Of a stretch of 64,000 bases of DNA, positions 43,157-53,373 are shown piece after piece (positions within the stretch are counted from its first letter, which is position 1; the number at the start of each line of letters is the position of its first letter). The stretch covers positions 1,395,069 through 1,459,068 of the forward strand of contig CBDFJG010000003.1 in the NCBI GenBank assembly GCA_965248445.1. Direction: 5' to 3'. The notes beneath the pieces were generated by a model that was not told the DNA's origin, did not search any database, and worked only from the letters and a program-made list of their open reading frames with translations. The DNA is from Planctomycetota bacterium (lineage in GTDB: Bacteria > Planctomycetota > JAJSAM01 > JAJVHW01). The translations under genes and the position numbers were made by a program.

Positions 43157-44167
43157 TCAGCCGCCGATCTGGTGCATGCGGCGTCCCTTGGCGTGGACTC
43201 CCCTGTCGAGCGCATGACCCGTCGGCTTGCCGGCCACCGCACTGAGCAGGATCTGGGACACCTGTTCACGACGCTCCGAAGCGGCGACCGGCGAGCGCAG
43301 CGCCGCGCGGACGTCGAGTTCCGTATCGTGGAGCAGACACAGGTGGAAGCGGCCGTCTGCGGTCAGGCGCATTCGGTTGCAGCTGCCGCAATAGGGCTTG
43401 CTGACGGGCGAGATGAACCCGATGACCCCGGGTGCGCCCGCGAGTCGGAAGTTCTCGCTCTCGTCCGCCGGGTTCCTGCTCGGCACGGAGGTGAGCGGAC
43501 CGAGCGCGGCCTCGACACGCTGACGTGTCTCCACGTTCGAGACGTACTGCGTGACCGAGACCCGCGCCTCCTCGCCACCCCCGAGAGGCATCAGCTCGAT
43601 GAACCGGACGTGCCAGGCGTTCTCGATCGTGAGTCGTGCGAGGTCGGCCACCTGCGTGTCGTTCAGACCCTTGACGACAACGGCGTTCAGCTTCATGGGC
43701 ACGAGACCGGCGCGTTCGGCCCCACGGATGCCGGCGAGCACGCGGTCGAGCCGCCCGAGGCGCATGATCTCGGGCAGCGTGCGGGCGGACAGCGTGTCCA
43801 GGTGGACGTTGACGCGGTCGAGGCCCGCCGCGGCCAGGTCCTCCGCCATCTCCGGAAGCCGCACGGCGTTGGTCGTCATCGAGAGATCCTCGACGCCGGG
43901 AACCGCAGCGATGCGCCGCACGACGTCGAGCACGTCGCGCCGCAACGTCGGCTCGCCGCCGGTGAGCCGGAACTTGCGGAAGCCCAGAACGGTGGCGACG
44001 CGCACGACCTCCTCGATCTCGGCGGCGGTCAGGATGTCCGCGGAGTCCGCTAGGTCCGGCTGGGCGAGCGGCATGCAGTACACGCAACGCAGGTTGCAGC
44101 GATCCGTGAGCGAGATGCGGAGGTAGTCGATGACCCGCCCGAATCGATCACGCGGCGCGTCGCGCAT
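43157..44167 (-). CDS. moaA: GTP 3',8-cyclase (molybdenum cofactor biosynthesis protein A)
   Basis: DRFGRVIDYLRISLTDRCNLRCVYCMP (radical SAM CxxxCxxC), FRLTGGEPTLR, C-terminal CGSCNRMRLTADGRFHLCL cluster, and the ending IGG. The ATG at 44167 was chosen; the track ORF is a long upstream extension over nadA. Confidence 0.95.
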   Translation of the reverse strand: MRDAPRDRFGRVIDYLRISLTDRCNLRCVYCMPLAQPDLADSADILTAAEIEEVVRVATVLGFRKFRLTGGEPTLRRDVLDVVRRIAAVPGVEDLSMTTNAVRLPEMAEDLAAAGLDRVNVHLDTLSARTLPEIMRLGRLDRVLAGIRGAERAGLVPMKLNAVVVKGLNDTQVADLARLTIENAWHVRFIELMPLGGGEEARVSVTQYVSNVETRQRVEAALGPLTSVPSRNPADESENFRLAGAPGVIGFISPVSKPYCGSCNRMRLTADGRFHLCLLHDTELDVRAALRSPVAASERREQVSQILLSAVAGKPTGHALDRGVHAKGRRMHQIGG

Positions 44168-44202
44168 CTTGCCCGTCGACGGGACCGGCTGCTCCGCCTC
44201 GG

Positions 44203-45300
44203 TCACGCAGATATCTCCAGCATGCGCTTGATCGGCGCCAGTGCGCGGCGCCGGATCTCCTCGTCGAGTTCGAGCCGCGGCTCGAGGTCCCTCAGACAAA
44301 GGAACAGCTTGCGCATGGTGTTCTTGCGCATGTGCGGACAGATCGCGCACGCGCATCCGTGCTCGGGATCGATCGCGAGCGTCTCGCCGCCGGCCTCGCG
44401 CTCTCCGGCGCGCGGGATCGTCGCGATCGTCGCTGCGCCCAGCACGTTGCTGCGCGACGGCGGCAATGGGACCACCTTGGCGTTCGGCACACGGCGACGG
44501 ATCTCGTGCAGGAGTCCGGACTCGGTTGCGATGATGAACGTCGCGTCCGGCTCGTCCTGGACGCGCTTGATCAGGCCCGAGGTCGAGCCGACGAAGTCCG
44601 CCAGTTCGAGGACGTCGGGAGGACACTCCGGGTGCGCGATCACGATCGCGTCCGGCAACTCCATCATCAACTGCTCGAGTTGTTCGACCGCGAACGCGTC
44701 GTGCACCATGCAGCGCCCGGGCCAGAGCGTCATGTCGCGCCCGGTCTTGCCGCGAAGCCAGTTCCCGAGGTGCTCGTCGGGGGCGAAGAGGATCGGCCGT
44801 CCTTCCTCGATGGACTGAACGACGCGCTCCGCGTTGCTGGACGTGCAGATCACGTCGGACATGGACTTCACCGCCGCCGAGCAGTTGATGTAGCTGATCA
44901 CCGCGGCGCCGGGGTGCGCGTCGACCCACTCGCGGAACGGCTCGGCGGGCGCGCTCTCGTCGAGAGAGCAGCCCGCATCCAGATCGGGGACGACCACGAT
45001 CTTGTCCGGATTGAGGATCTTCGCGGTCTCCGCCATGAAGTGCACGCCGGCGAACGCGATCACGTCGGCGTCGGTCGCGGCCGCCTGCTGGGCCAGCCCG
45101 AGGCTGTCGCCGACGTAGTCCGCGATGTCCTGGATCGCGCCCACCTGGTAGTAGTGCGCGAGGATGATCGCGTTGCGTTCAGTGCGCAGGCGGTCGATGC
45201 CTTCCCGCAGCCCCTCGAGGGTGTCCGGGACGTCGTCCGCCCCTGAGACATCGCTGGCGGCATCGCGGGGGTCGGCGGTGGTGGTGCTGTCGGTCGTCAC
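44203..45300 (-). CDS. nadA: quinolinate synthase
   Basis: RNAIILAHYYQ, DYVGDSL, FAGVHFMAE, CSLD, ISYINCSA, ICTSSNA, MVHD, AHPECP, STSG, IATE, and the C-terminal CACAICPHM. A GTG at 45300 with GGAGA upstream is proposed as the start. Confidence 0.9.
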   Translation of the reverse strand: MTTDSTTTADPRDAASDVSGADDVPDTLEGLREGIDRLRTERNAIILAHYYQVGAIQDIADYVGDSLGLAQQAAATDADVIAFAGVHFMAETAKILNPDKIVVVPDLDAGCSLDESAPAEPFREWVDAHPGAAVISYINCSAAVKSMSDVICTSSNAERVVQSIEEGRPILFAPDEHLGNWLRGKTGRDMTLWPGRCMVHDAFAVEQLEQLMMELPDAIVIAHPECPPDVLELADFVGSTSGLIKRVQDEPDATFIIATESGLLHEIRRRVPNAKVVPLPPSRSNVLGAATIATIPRAGEREAGGETLAIDPEHGCACAICPHMRKNTMRKLFLCLRDLEPRLELDEEIRRRALAPIKRMLEISA

Positions 45301-45352
45301 GGGGTTCTCCGGAAGCGTGTCAGAGTACCGGGGGGGACTGCCCCACCGGGAA

Positions 45353-47575
45353 CTACTCCAAGCGGCCGAGGAACTCCCGCAAACCCTCGTCCACCGTCTC
45401 CACCTGTCCCGCGAAGACGGACAGGAACAGCCGGCGCCCCTCCGAGTCCGCCGACCCGGGTGACGGAGCACGCTCCTCCATCGCCTGCTGCCAGCGGGCG
45501 AAGCGCCGCATCGCCTCAGCGGGCGCCTCGGACATCAGCCAGTGGTGCAGCGCCCACGCCTGGACGTACCAGAGCCGGCGGTCTTGTCCGTCGAGCTTGC
45601 GTGGGTCGCGGGCGAGGAACGTAGACACGTCCTCGAGGTCCCCTGCTGCCGCTGCGGCTCGCAGCAGCCGCGCTTCGATGCCCGAGACCGAGTGTCCCGC
45701 GCTGTACGACGACCCGTCCCACCCGGCGGTGCGGTACGTCGGGTTCCCGAACCAGGACGCGCGCCCCTCGGAGAACCACGTCGGCCACGAGGTGCCGGTC
45801 GCCTCGTGCAGGAACAGCTTCGCCATGTAGTTGAACGACCAGTACGGCGCGTACCGCTTGTCGAAGCGGATGAACGCGACACCGCGGTCCATGTCCTCGA
45901 AGCGGCCCCACGCCTTACGCGACGTGTACTCGTCGTGCTCGTCGCAGAACGCCTCGAACTCGGCTTTCTCGCGGAACACGAGCACGGAGAGCGGGAGCGC
46001 CTCGCGCGGTGGTTCGCGGCCGATCACGCGCACCATCTCGGTATAGGCGGCTTCGAGCCCGGCGAGGTACCAGTCGGCCCACTCCTTCGGCAGGTTGGTG
46101 CGGATGCGGACGTGTTCCGTGCGCAGGTCCCACGGCGTCTCCCAGTTGCCTCTCACGGCGTCCGCGCGGGCGGGAGTGAACCAGTACCCGTCCACGAACA
46201 CCTTGCCCTCGGCGACAGAGTCCTCGCGCTCGCGGAGGTAGTGGCCGATCAGTTCCGAGGCCTCCTTGCGGTCCGCTTCCTTCGCGTCCACCTCGTACCG
46301 GAAGTGCCACGGGAGCTCCGGCCGCACGACCTGCCAGGCCAGCAGCCGTGCGGCGCGGTCCCCCTCGTAGAGGAGGCGCGCGATCGAACGGACGACGTCG
46401 CCGTCGGCCGCGCCGCGTTCCATCAGCGACTCCGCGGCCCGGATGCGAATCACGAGCGGCAGATCGGTGAGGCCGACCAGACGCCCGACGTCGGCCGGAT
46501 CCACGAGTTCGTTCTTTCCGTCTTTCGCGTCCTCGGGAGGAGCGGCCGTGGCGTCCTGGACGAGGTAGCGCTCGATCATCTGAGCGGCGGTCTTCGACTT
46601 CCCCTTGAAGCCGTTGCCGGGGTGCAGCAGGTCCGAGGCGACGTGCGGGAGCACGTCGTGCACCGGGAACCACTCGGGATCGAGCTTCCCCTCGATCTCG
46701 AGCGGCCCGAAGTCCGCACGCGCCGCCGCGACGTAGAGACCCGGCGTGAAGCGCGTCATCGCGGTGTCGGTGTCGTCACCCGCCAGCTTCACGGACTTCT
46801 TCCCATCGGGGGTGATCGTGAACGTCGTGTGCCCGACGGTCCGGAGCACCTCGAGCTCCACGTGATCGCCCGGCGCGAGCTTCGGCTGCTTCTTGCGGTC
46901 GATGTAACGGAACTCCGTGACGCCCGGCGCGGTGGCCGGGATTCCACCCATCTTGTTGATCATCGTGGAGTTGCCGGCGGCGCCGTCGAACCGGGTGAAG
47001 AACCGGTCCTGCACGAGGCAGAGGATCGACTCGTCGGACACATCGGGTTTCACCAGCACGACTCCGAGGTCGTGCGGGTCGATCAGCTTCGCGTCGGTGC
47101 GGACCGACAGGTCGGAGACCATGCCGAGCCGCAGGCGGATTCCGGCGGTTCCTCGCGCCTTCACGATGGCCGACGACGTGTCTTCGGCCGGCACGACCCG
47201 GAAGTCGCCGGTCAGGCCGGAACGCACGGGGATGAACGGATCGAAGTCCTCGAGGTGGGCTGGATCGCTCCAGTCCCAGCGCAGCTTGATCCGCTCGCCG
47301 TCGAACTCGACGATCTCGCCGCGCAGGTGGCGGTCGAGGGGCACCGGCAGCGGGGCCGGCAGTGCGATGTCGTCGCTGAACGGCAGACGGCGTCCGGACT
47401 CGTCCTGCGCGTGCGACGGCAGCGCGGTCAGCGCGACGAGAATCCCGAACGCCAGCACGCGCGTCACGCGGCCGTCCATGCGCTCAGCGAGCCGGTTCAC
47501 TCGTCCGTCCAACCCACTGACTCCACTGCTCTCCGGATTCTGCCGCCACTCCATTGGACGCTCGAACACGCGCAT
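45353..47575 (-). CDS. hypothetical secreted protein
   Basis: Long ORF with ordinary composition. A signal peptide (MDGRVTRVLAFGILVALTALPSHAQ) begins at the internal ATG 47479. The ATG at 47575 overlaps the upstream stop (TAATG), so the start is ambiguous. A C-terminal LFLHEATG...WFSEGRASWFG segment may be peptidase-MA-like, which is unproven. Confidence 0.65.
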   Translation of the reverse strand: MRVFERPMEWRQNPESSGVSGLDGRVNRLAERMDGRVTRVLAFGILVALTALPSHAQDESGRRLPFSDDIALPAPLPVPLDRHLRGEIVEFDGERIKLRWDWSDPAHLEDFDPFIPVRSGLTGDFRVVPAEDTSSAIVKARGTAGIRLRLGMVSDLSVRTDAKLIDPHDLGVVLVKPDVSDESILCLVQDRFFTRFDGAAGNSTMINKMGGIPATAPGVTEFRYIDRKKQPKLAPGDHVELEVLRTVGHTTFTITPDGKKSVKLAGDDTDTAMTRFTPGLYVAAARADFGPLEIEGKLDPEWFPVHDVLPHVASDLLHPGNGFKGKSKTAAQMIERYLVQDATAAPPEDAKDGKNELVDPADVGRLVGLTDLPLVIRIRAAESLMERGAADGDVVRSIARLLYEGDRAARLLAWQVVRPELPWHFRYEVDAKEADRKEASELIGHYLREREDSVAEGKVFVDGYWFTPARADAVRGNWETPWDLRTEHVRIRTNLPKEWADWYLAGLEAAYTEMVRVIGREPPREALPLSVLVFREKAEFEAFCDEHDEYTSRKAWGRFEDMDRGVAFIRFDKRYAPYWSFNYMAKLFLHEATGTSWPTWFSEGRASWFGNPTYRTAGWDGSSYSAGHSVSGIEARLLRAAAAAGDLEDVSTFLARDPRKLDGQDRRLWYVQAWALHHWLMSEAPAEAMRRFARWQQAMEERAPSPGSADSEGRRLFLSVFAGQVETVDEGLREFLGRLE

Positions 47576-47931
47576 TAGGTCCGGAGAGACGCGATGGCCG
47601 TGTGCAGCGTGGCCCGGCTCGTGAAGTTCGCGCCCGGGTAGAGCGCCCGCGCCAGCTCCAGTCCCACGGCGTCGCTGCCGCAGAACAGCAGGCCCGCCAC
47701 CCGCGCGGCGCGGGCCTCCAGGAGCACGCCGACGCGCGATAGCACCTCACTGGCATCGGTCTCCAGGACGCCGACCACGACCTGCGGCCGGCTCTCCTTT
47801 GCGAACTCGAGGGCCCGCTCCGGCTCGTCGCCCGACGCCCATGCGTCGTAGCCCGCGTCGTGGAGCTCGGCCGTCAGTTCATCCGCTGCTGCCCCATCGG
47901 GGTCGATCACGAGTACTCGCATGACAACCAT
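47575..47931 (-). CDS. small CheY-like receiver-fold protein (single domain)
   Basis: MRVLVIDPDGAAADELTAELHDAGYDAWASGDEPERALEFAKESRPQVVV resembles a receiver N-terminus, but the canonical phospho-acceptor context is unclear. Starts 1 nt after the rhomboid stop. Confidence 0.5.
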   Translation of the reverse strand: MVVMRVLVIDPDGAAADELTAELHDAGYDAWASGDEPERALEFAKESRPQVVVGVLETDASEVLSRVGVLLEARAARVAGLLFCGSDAVGLELARALYPGANFTSRATLHTAIASLRT

Positions 47932-47932
47932 T

Positions 47933-50044
47933 TCACCGCATGGGCGCCACGGAGGCCCGGATCTGCTGGACCACGTCGCGGTACGCCTCTGCGGCCGGGC
48001 CCTCGGGCAGCAGGACGAGCGCAAACGCCGCCCCGTTGGACACGCGCAGGATGCGCAGCCCGTCCGGGTAGTCCTCGCCGAGATCTTCGCGATCGCGATC
48101 GTCCTCGGGCCTCACGACGACCGGCGAAGTGCCCACCCGGACGTTGGCGCGATGCCGGAGGAACACACGCCGCAGACCACTCCCCGCCGGGAGGAGCCGC
48201 AGCGCGTTCGGCTCGGCCCGCGGCTCCGCACCGAGATAGATGCGAATCTCCCACGGTCGGCCGTCGGCGATCAGCCCGCCGAGCTCGTGCCGCCTGACAT
48301 GCAGGAACCCGGGAAGTTCCGCGGTGACGCCCTGCTCCGCCACCACGAGGGGTTCCTGCCAGCGCCGTCCCTCGAGGTATGCAGAGACTTCCGACCAGCC
48401 GAGCAGCGCGAGCAGAAGCAGCGCCCCGACGCGGAGACCGGTCGTGACGACCGCGCCCGTCGGACGCGGCAGCAGCGCCAGCGCGAGGAGTGCCCCCGCG
48501 ACCAGTCCGACGCCGTGCGCAGCATTGTCGATGAACCGATGCTCGACGATCCCGATCGCGGCGGTCGCCGCGATGCAGAGCCACAACACGAACAGCCACC
48601 GGCTGCGCTGCGCGCGGGGGAACGACTTCGCTCTGAGCAGGAGGATCACGAGCAGGGCGCCGATCAGCCCCATGGCCGCGCCGCTCGCTCCGACGCCGAC
48701 GTCGGTGTGGTTGACGTACACACTGGCGAGCGAGCCCATCACACCGGAACCGAGGTAGACGATCACGGTGCGCGCCCACCCAATGCGCCGCTCCAGCGGC
48801 CATCCGATGAGCAGAATGGAACCGAGGTTCATGCCGAGGTGCACCCAGCCACCGTGCAGGTCCATGGTCGAGAGAAGACGCCACCACTGCCCCTGCTCGA
48901 TGATCAGCGGCGCGCTGAGCGCCCCGCCGAGCAGCAGTTCGAACGCACCCGCGGAGAACGGGTTCCCGTCATCGCCCACGAACAGGAAGGTGCCGACCGA
49001 CACGATGAACGCGATTAACGAGAGCAGCGGCACCGCGATCACACGGCTACTCGTGGACTTCGGCGTGAGCCTCGCTTCGTCGCGGCATCGCGCTTCGAGC
49101 GCCCGCAGCTCTTCCATCTCGTCGGCGGTCGGTGCGCCGAGACGAGAGCTGCCCGCGGCGATCCGCGTACGGCCCGCGACGGCCTCCCGCCGTTGCGCGC
49201 GAAGCGTCTCGCGCTCTGCCCGCTCGTACAGCCGCGACGCGAGGTCCGCCTCGCCGGCGGCCTCGCGCGCGCGCGCTCGGGCGAGCAGCCCCGCACCGGC
49301 CGACCCGGCCATCAGCGGCCAGTCCATGTGGTCGGCCTCGTCGAGCACGTCGGTCCGTCCCGCGCACGCGAGGACCGCGCGCCTGGTCTGCGCGTGCAAC
49401 GTGGCGACGCCGGAGTGCGCCTCGACCGAGCGGCAGGTGCGCAGCGCGCGGCTCAGGTCCCCTGTCTCGGCCGCAGCGCGGGACTCGAGCGACTGGACCG
49501 CCGGCGCCGTGCTGGGGAGTTCTTCGACGGCCGCGAGGACCGCCGGCCAGTCGCGGTCGGCCGCCGCCGGAAGCACGCGCGCCAGCGTCGCCCCGCCGTG
49601 CGCGCCGGGCAGCATCCCGCGGCGCGCGAGCGCCTCGAGCCGCTCCGTCGCCCGCGCCCGATGGCCGCGGTCAGCGTCGTCGATGGCCGAGTAGAACGAC
49701 GCTTCGCCGCGGGTGGGGCCGGGAAAGCCGAGCAGCGCGGACGCGCTGTGTGCCATCCACGCCGCGAGCCGGTAGCGCCGCTCCGGAACGGCGCGGCGGG
49801 CGCCCATCAGGAAGAGCGACGGCAGCAGACTGAACACCGCGAACGCGAGGAACAACGGCACCGACAGAACGACGGTGCGGCCGTCATCGCCCAGCGCCCA
49901 GACCGTCGCTGCGAGGAGGATGCCGAGCAGGAACGCGTGGAACCAGAACGCACGCGCCCGACGGTGGAGCAGGACGTAGAGACCGAGCGCCGCGCCGAGC
50001 GCCACGGCGTAGAGCAGGAACCGCGCCTCTACTGACGACTGCAC
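47933..50044 (-). CDS. rhomboid-family intramembrane serine protease with N-terminal TM/TPR-like region and C-terminal extension
   Basis: Rhomboid core WWRLLSTMDLHGGWVHLGMNLGSILLIGWPLERRIGW...YLGSGVMGSLAS...GASGAAMGLIGALL (GxSG Ser and downstream His region). Confidence 0.85.
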   Translation of the reverse strand: MQSSVEARFLLYAVALGAALGLYVLLHRRARAFWFHAFLLGILLAATVWALGDDGRTVVLSVPLFLAFAVFSLLPSLFLMGARRAVPERRYRLAAWMAHSASALLGFPGPTRGEASFYSAIDDADRGHRARATERLEALARRGMLPGAHGGATLARVLPAAADRDWPAVLAAVEELPSTAPAVQSLESRAAAETGDLSRALRTCRSVEAHSGVATLHAQTRRAVLACAGRTDVLDEADHMDWPLMAGSAGAGLLARARAREAAGEADLASRLYERAERETLRAQRREAVAGRTRIAAGSSRLGAPTADEMEELRALEARCRDEARLTPKSTSSRVIAVPLLSLIAFIVSVGTFLFVGDDGNPFSAGAFELLLGGALSAPLIIEQGQWWRLLSTMDLHGGWVHLGMNLGSILLIGWPLERRIGWARTVIVYLGSGVMGSLASVYVNHTDVGVGASGAAMGLIGALLVILLLRAKSFPRAQRSRWLFVLWLCIAATAAIGIVEHRFIDNAAHGVGLVAGALLALALLPRPTGAVVTTGLRVGALLLLALLGWSEVSAYLEGRRWQEPLVVAEQGVTAELPGFLHVRRHELGGLIADGRPWEIRIYLGAEPRAEPNALRLLPAGSGLRRVFLRHRANVRVGTSPVVVRPEDDRDREDLGEDYPDGLRILRVSNGAAFALVLLPEGPAAEAYRDVVQQIRASVAPMR

Positions 50045-50060
50045 TGTCGTCCGGACGCGG

Positions 50061-50765
50061 TCAGCGACCGACGGTGCGGGACGGCATCGGATCGCAGACC
50101 TCGCACGGGTCGAATCCGAAGTTCAGCGCGTCGTACATCGTGTCGAAGTCCCGCCGTTGTCCCGTAGCCGTCGCGCTGAGCACCTTGCACTCGCCGCGGT
50201 GGAACTTCTGGTTGACCGACTCGGCCACGAAGCGCGACGGCGCCGCCTCCGTGACACGGTTCTTCGCGGTGAAAACGTAGTCGGGGACCTCCTTGAGCAT
50301 CTCGGTGCGGATCATCGCGAGCTCGGGGATGTCCAGGAACTCGGCCTCGACGCGAATCTCGTCGCCGTCCGCCCGCACAAAGTATGCGCGCGCGCCAAGC
50401 TCGTTCTGCTCCGTGCCCGGCTCGGCATGCATGACGGCGGGAAGCTCGTCGAAGTTCGCGGCCAGCAGCGCGGTGTAGATGTTCTGGAGGTGGTCTTCGC
50501 TGACCTCGAACGCGCCCGACGAACGGTCCCGTCGCGGAGCCCGGACGAACGTGTCATATGTGACGCTGCCCGACCGTTCGAACGTCAGCGTGTAGTCCAC
50601 GGCCGGTTGGGTCGCCGAGTGGACACTGTGCACGAACCGGAAGTCGTTCGGCATGATGTCGGGCAGCCGCTGCGAGCTGCCGAAGAGGCCGCATGCGGGC
50701 AGCAGCAGGCTGACCGCCAGCAGCAGCAGCGGCGCGGCAAGCGGGCGGATCGAACGAGTCAACAT
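50061..50765 (-). CDS. lipoprotein with C-terminal Ada-type zinc-binding motif
   Basis: MLTRSIRPLAAPLLLLAVSLLLPAC lipobox. The C-terminus FHRGECKVLSATATGQRRDFDTMYDALNFGFDPCEVCDP fits the Ada_Zn_binding pattern (H..C...........F.....A...GF.PC..C.P). Confidence 0.7.
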   Translation of the reverse strand: MLTRSIRPLAAPLLLLAVSLLLPACGLFGSSQRLPDIMPNDFRFVHSVHSATQPAVDYTLTFERSGSVTYDTFVRAPRRDRSSGAFEVSEDHLQNIYTALLAANFDELPAVMHAEPGTEQNELGARAYFVRADGDEIRVEAEFLDIPELAMIRTEMLKEVPDYVFTAKNRVTEAAPSRFVAESVNQKFHRGECKVLSATATGQRRDFDTMYDALNFGFDPCEVCDPMPSRTVGR

Positions 50766-50943
50766 GAGCGGGCCTCCGTCATCACACCCTCACCTCGGGG
50801 CACGAACCCCGGATCTTACTCCCCCCAGTGTGGTGCGCCACGAACCGGGAGGGGTGCTAGTCAGGGTTGGCCCGGCGTCCGGCGGGGCGACTACCGTCTC
50901 TCCTCGGAGGCGGCCGTACGAGGCGCGAAGCCGGAGACACTCT

Positions 50944-50977
50944 GGGGCGGAGAAACTGGGGGGGCGGAGAAACTGGG
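50944..50977. repeat. perfect 17-bp tandem duplication GGGGCGGAGAAACTGGG x2
   Basis: Read directly. Ends 5 nt before the dgt ATG. Each unit contains a GGAG core. Confidence 0.9.
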
Positions 50978-50982
50978 GGCCC

Positions 50983-52122
50983 ATGCGCACGCGCGAAGAG
51001 CTCGAACGGTCCGAGGATGCCGCGCTGGCGCCGTACGCCATGCGAAGCGCGGCATCCGAGGGGCGGGAGCACGCCGAGGACGAGCACCCCTACCGAACCG
51101 TCTATCAGCGGGACCGCGACCGGATCGTCCACTGCGAGGCCTTCCGCCGCCTCGAGTACAAGACGCAGGTGTTCGTCAACACCGAGGGCGACTCGTACCG
51201 CACGCGGCTCACCCACACAATCGAGGTGGCGCAGATCGCCCGCACCATCGCGCGCACCCTCGGACTGAACGAGGACCTGATCGAGACGCTCGCCCTGGTC
51301 CACGATCTCGGACACGCTCCGTTCGGACACGCCGGTCAGGACGCGCTGGCGGAGTGCATGGCGGACCACGGGGGATTCGAGCACAACCGCCAGGGCCTCC
51401 GCATCGTCACGCGTCTCGAGCGGCGCTACCCGTCGTTCCTCGGTCTGAACCTCTCGTTCGAGGCGCGCGAGGGCATGGCGAAGCACGGGGACTTCCGCGC
51501 CAGCGGAGCGGCCCGCGACTTTCGACCCGACGACGCACCGCTGCTCGAGGCGCTGGTCGCCGACAAGGCCGACCGTCTGGCCTACAACCACCACGATCTG
51601 GACGACGGCCTGACCGCCGGGATACTGACTGAGCACGACGTACGCGGACTCCCCCACGTGAATGCAGCATTCGAGGCGGTCGACCGCGAGGCGCCGGGCC
51701 TGCCGTTCCGCGTCCGCGTGAATCAGGTCTTCATCCGGCTGATGAACGGCGCGGTGACCGACCTCGTGGGCGAGACGTCGCGGCGCCTGGCTGCGGCCGG
51801 AACCGCCTCGGTCGCCGAGGCGCGCGCGACGGCGGCCCCGCTTGCGGGATTCTCAGACGACGGGCAGCGCCGGGAGAGCGAGCTGCACCGCTTCCTCTTC
51901 GCGAACTTCTACTCGCACTGGCGGGTGGCGCGGATGCAGGAGAACGCGAAGCGCTTCCTCTCGACGGTCTTCTCGTACTTCGTCGAGCATCCCCGGACGC
52001 TCCCGCCCGTGGTCCGCGCGCGGGCCGAGGAGGACGGCTTGCACCGGGCGGTCTGCGACCACGTGGCCGCCATGACCGACCGCGAGCTGCACGCGGAGTA
52101 CCGCGGAATCACGCAGCCCTAG
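50983..52122 (+). CDS. dgt: dGTPase-family deoxynucleoside triphosphate triphosphohydrolase (HD domain)
   Basis: YRTVYQRDRDRIVHCEAFRRLEYKTQVF......DSYRTRLTHTIEVAQIARTIAR.LGLNEDLIETLALVHDLGHAPFGHAG. Confidence 0.9.
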   Translation: MRTREELERSEDAALAPYAMRSAASEGREHAEDEHPYRTVYQRDRDRIVHCEAFRRLEYKTQVFVNTEGDSYRTRLTHTIEVAQIARTIARTLGLNEDLIETLALVHDLGHAPFGHAGQDALAECMADHGGFEHNRQGLRIVTRLERRYPSFLGLNLSFEAREGMAKHGDFRASGAARDFRPDDAPLLEALVADKADRLAYNHHDLDDGLTAGILTEHDVRGLPHVNAAFEAVDREAPGLPFRVRVNQVFIRLMNGAVTDLVGETSRRLAAAGTASVAEARATAAPLAGFSDDGQRRESELHRFLFANFYSHWRVARMQENAKRFLSTVFSYFVEHPRTLPPVVRARAEEDGLHRAVCDHVAAMTDRELHAEYRGITQP

Positions 52123-52171
52123 CAGGTACGGGAAGCGCCCCACCGGCCGGGGGACCGATGAGGCGCGTGTT

Positions 52172-52190
52172 CGGCAGCCCGTGGCTGCCG
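52172..52190 (+). terminator. hairpin downstream of dgt
   Basis: CGGCAGCC-cgt-GGCTGCCG, an 8-bp perfect stem 50 nt after the stop. Confidence 0.35.
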
Positions 52191-52378
52191 GGGAGAGACT
52201 TGTCGACGTCGGGCTGGTTGGATTTGAGAGAGAGAGACCATTCTCGGCGTCAATGCTCTAATCGGAACCTTACTGTGCGACTCTAGGTATAGATCCCGCC
52301 GAAGAGGGGTTTTCGCTCGAGAAGGCCCTCTCCAGGCTCGGATCCCGGATCTTGCTCCTGCGCTGAGAAGTGGCCGGA

Positions 52379-53359
52379 TCAGCTCTTGGCGGCCTGAATC
52401 TGCTCGGTCAGCGCCGGCAGGACCTCGAAGACGTCCCCCACGATCCCGTAGTCGGCGACCTTGAAGATCGGTGCCTCGGCGTCCTTGTTCACGGCCACGA
52501 TCACCTTGCTCGAGGACATCCCGGCCAGGTGCTGGATGGCACCGGAGATCGCGCAGGCCACGTACAGCTTGGGTGAGACCGTCTTTCCGGTCTGTCCGAC
52601 CTGCTCGTCGTGGGGCCGCCAGCCGGCGTCCACGACCGCCCGGCTGGCTCCGACCACACCGCCGAGCGCAGCGGCCAGCTCCTCGACCAGGTGGAAGTTC
52701 TCGGGGCCCTTCAAGCCGCGCCCTCCCGAGACCACGATCTCGGCCTCCGTCAGGTCGACCGACCGGACCTCCGGCGCCCGAACCTCCTCCACCCGCGCGG
52801 CGGGAGCCCCCGCCGCTGCTGCCGGCAACGCCAGCGCGCGGATCTCGGCGCTCGACAGAGCGACGGCGGGCGCGAACGCGTTCGGGCGAAGCCCTATGCA
52901 GAACGGCGTCCGCTTGGCTTCGACCGTCTGGATCACTTTGCCCGCGTACACCGGTCGCGTGATGCGCACCGCGCCGCCCTCGACGGAGATCGACGTGGCG
53001 TCCGCAGCAAGACCGGCGCCGAGCGCGCCCGCCACGGTCGCCAAGATGTCGCGACCGCAGACGGTCGCTGGGAACAGCAGGAACCCCGCCCCCGCGGCAT
53101 CGGCGGCGGCGCGCACGGCGCGCGTGTGGGGCCCCGAGAGGGACGTGTCGAGTGACGCGTCCTCCACCACGTGCAGCACGACGGCGCCGGGCGCGCCCTT
53201 CGCTGCGGCGATGGCGTTCGCATCCGGCGCGGCGAGCACCGCGTGCAGTTCGACGCCCAGCGCCGTTGCCAGAGCCGCGCCGGCACCCAGACCCTCGCGC
53301 GCCGGCTTGCGGAGCGCACCACCGGCGCTCTCCAGGTAGACGAGTACGTTGCCGCTCAT
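52379..53359 (-). CDS. etfA: electron transfer flavoprotein subunit alpha
   Basis: [10 protein letters not shown]..., and the C-terminal FAD-binding region [14 protein letters not shown]...[16 protein letters not shown]...[29 protein letters not shown]...[19 protein letters not shown]. Confidence 0.95.
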   Translation of the reverse strand: MSGNVLVYLESAGGALRKPAREGLGAGAALATALGVELHAVLAAPDANAIAAAKGAPGAVVLHVVEDASLDTSLSGPHTRAVRAAADAAGAGFLLFPATVCGRDILATVAGALGAGLAADATSISVEGGAVRITRPVYAGKVIQTVEAKRTPFCIGLRPNAFAPAVALSSAEIRALALPAAAAGAPAARVEEVRAPEVRSVDLTEAEIVVSGGRGLKGPENFHLVEELAAALGGVVGASRAVVDAGWRPHDEQVGQTGKTVSPKLYVACAISGAIQHLAGMSSSKVIVAVNKDAEAPIFKVADYGIVGDVFEVLPALTEQIQAAKS

Positions 53360-53373
53360 TGACCTCAACCTTC

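Noticed and set aside
44168-44929. Upstream extension of the moaA ORF (track ORF 43157..44929)
   Set aside because: It overlaps the well-supported nadA frame. MoaA homology, including the radical SAM Cys triad, begins right after the ATG at 44167.
45542-47578. 678-aa plus-strand ORF
   Set aside because: It is antisense to the 740-aa secreted protein, Arg/Val/Glu-rich, with no domain signature. It is a shadow ORF.
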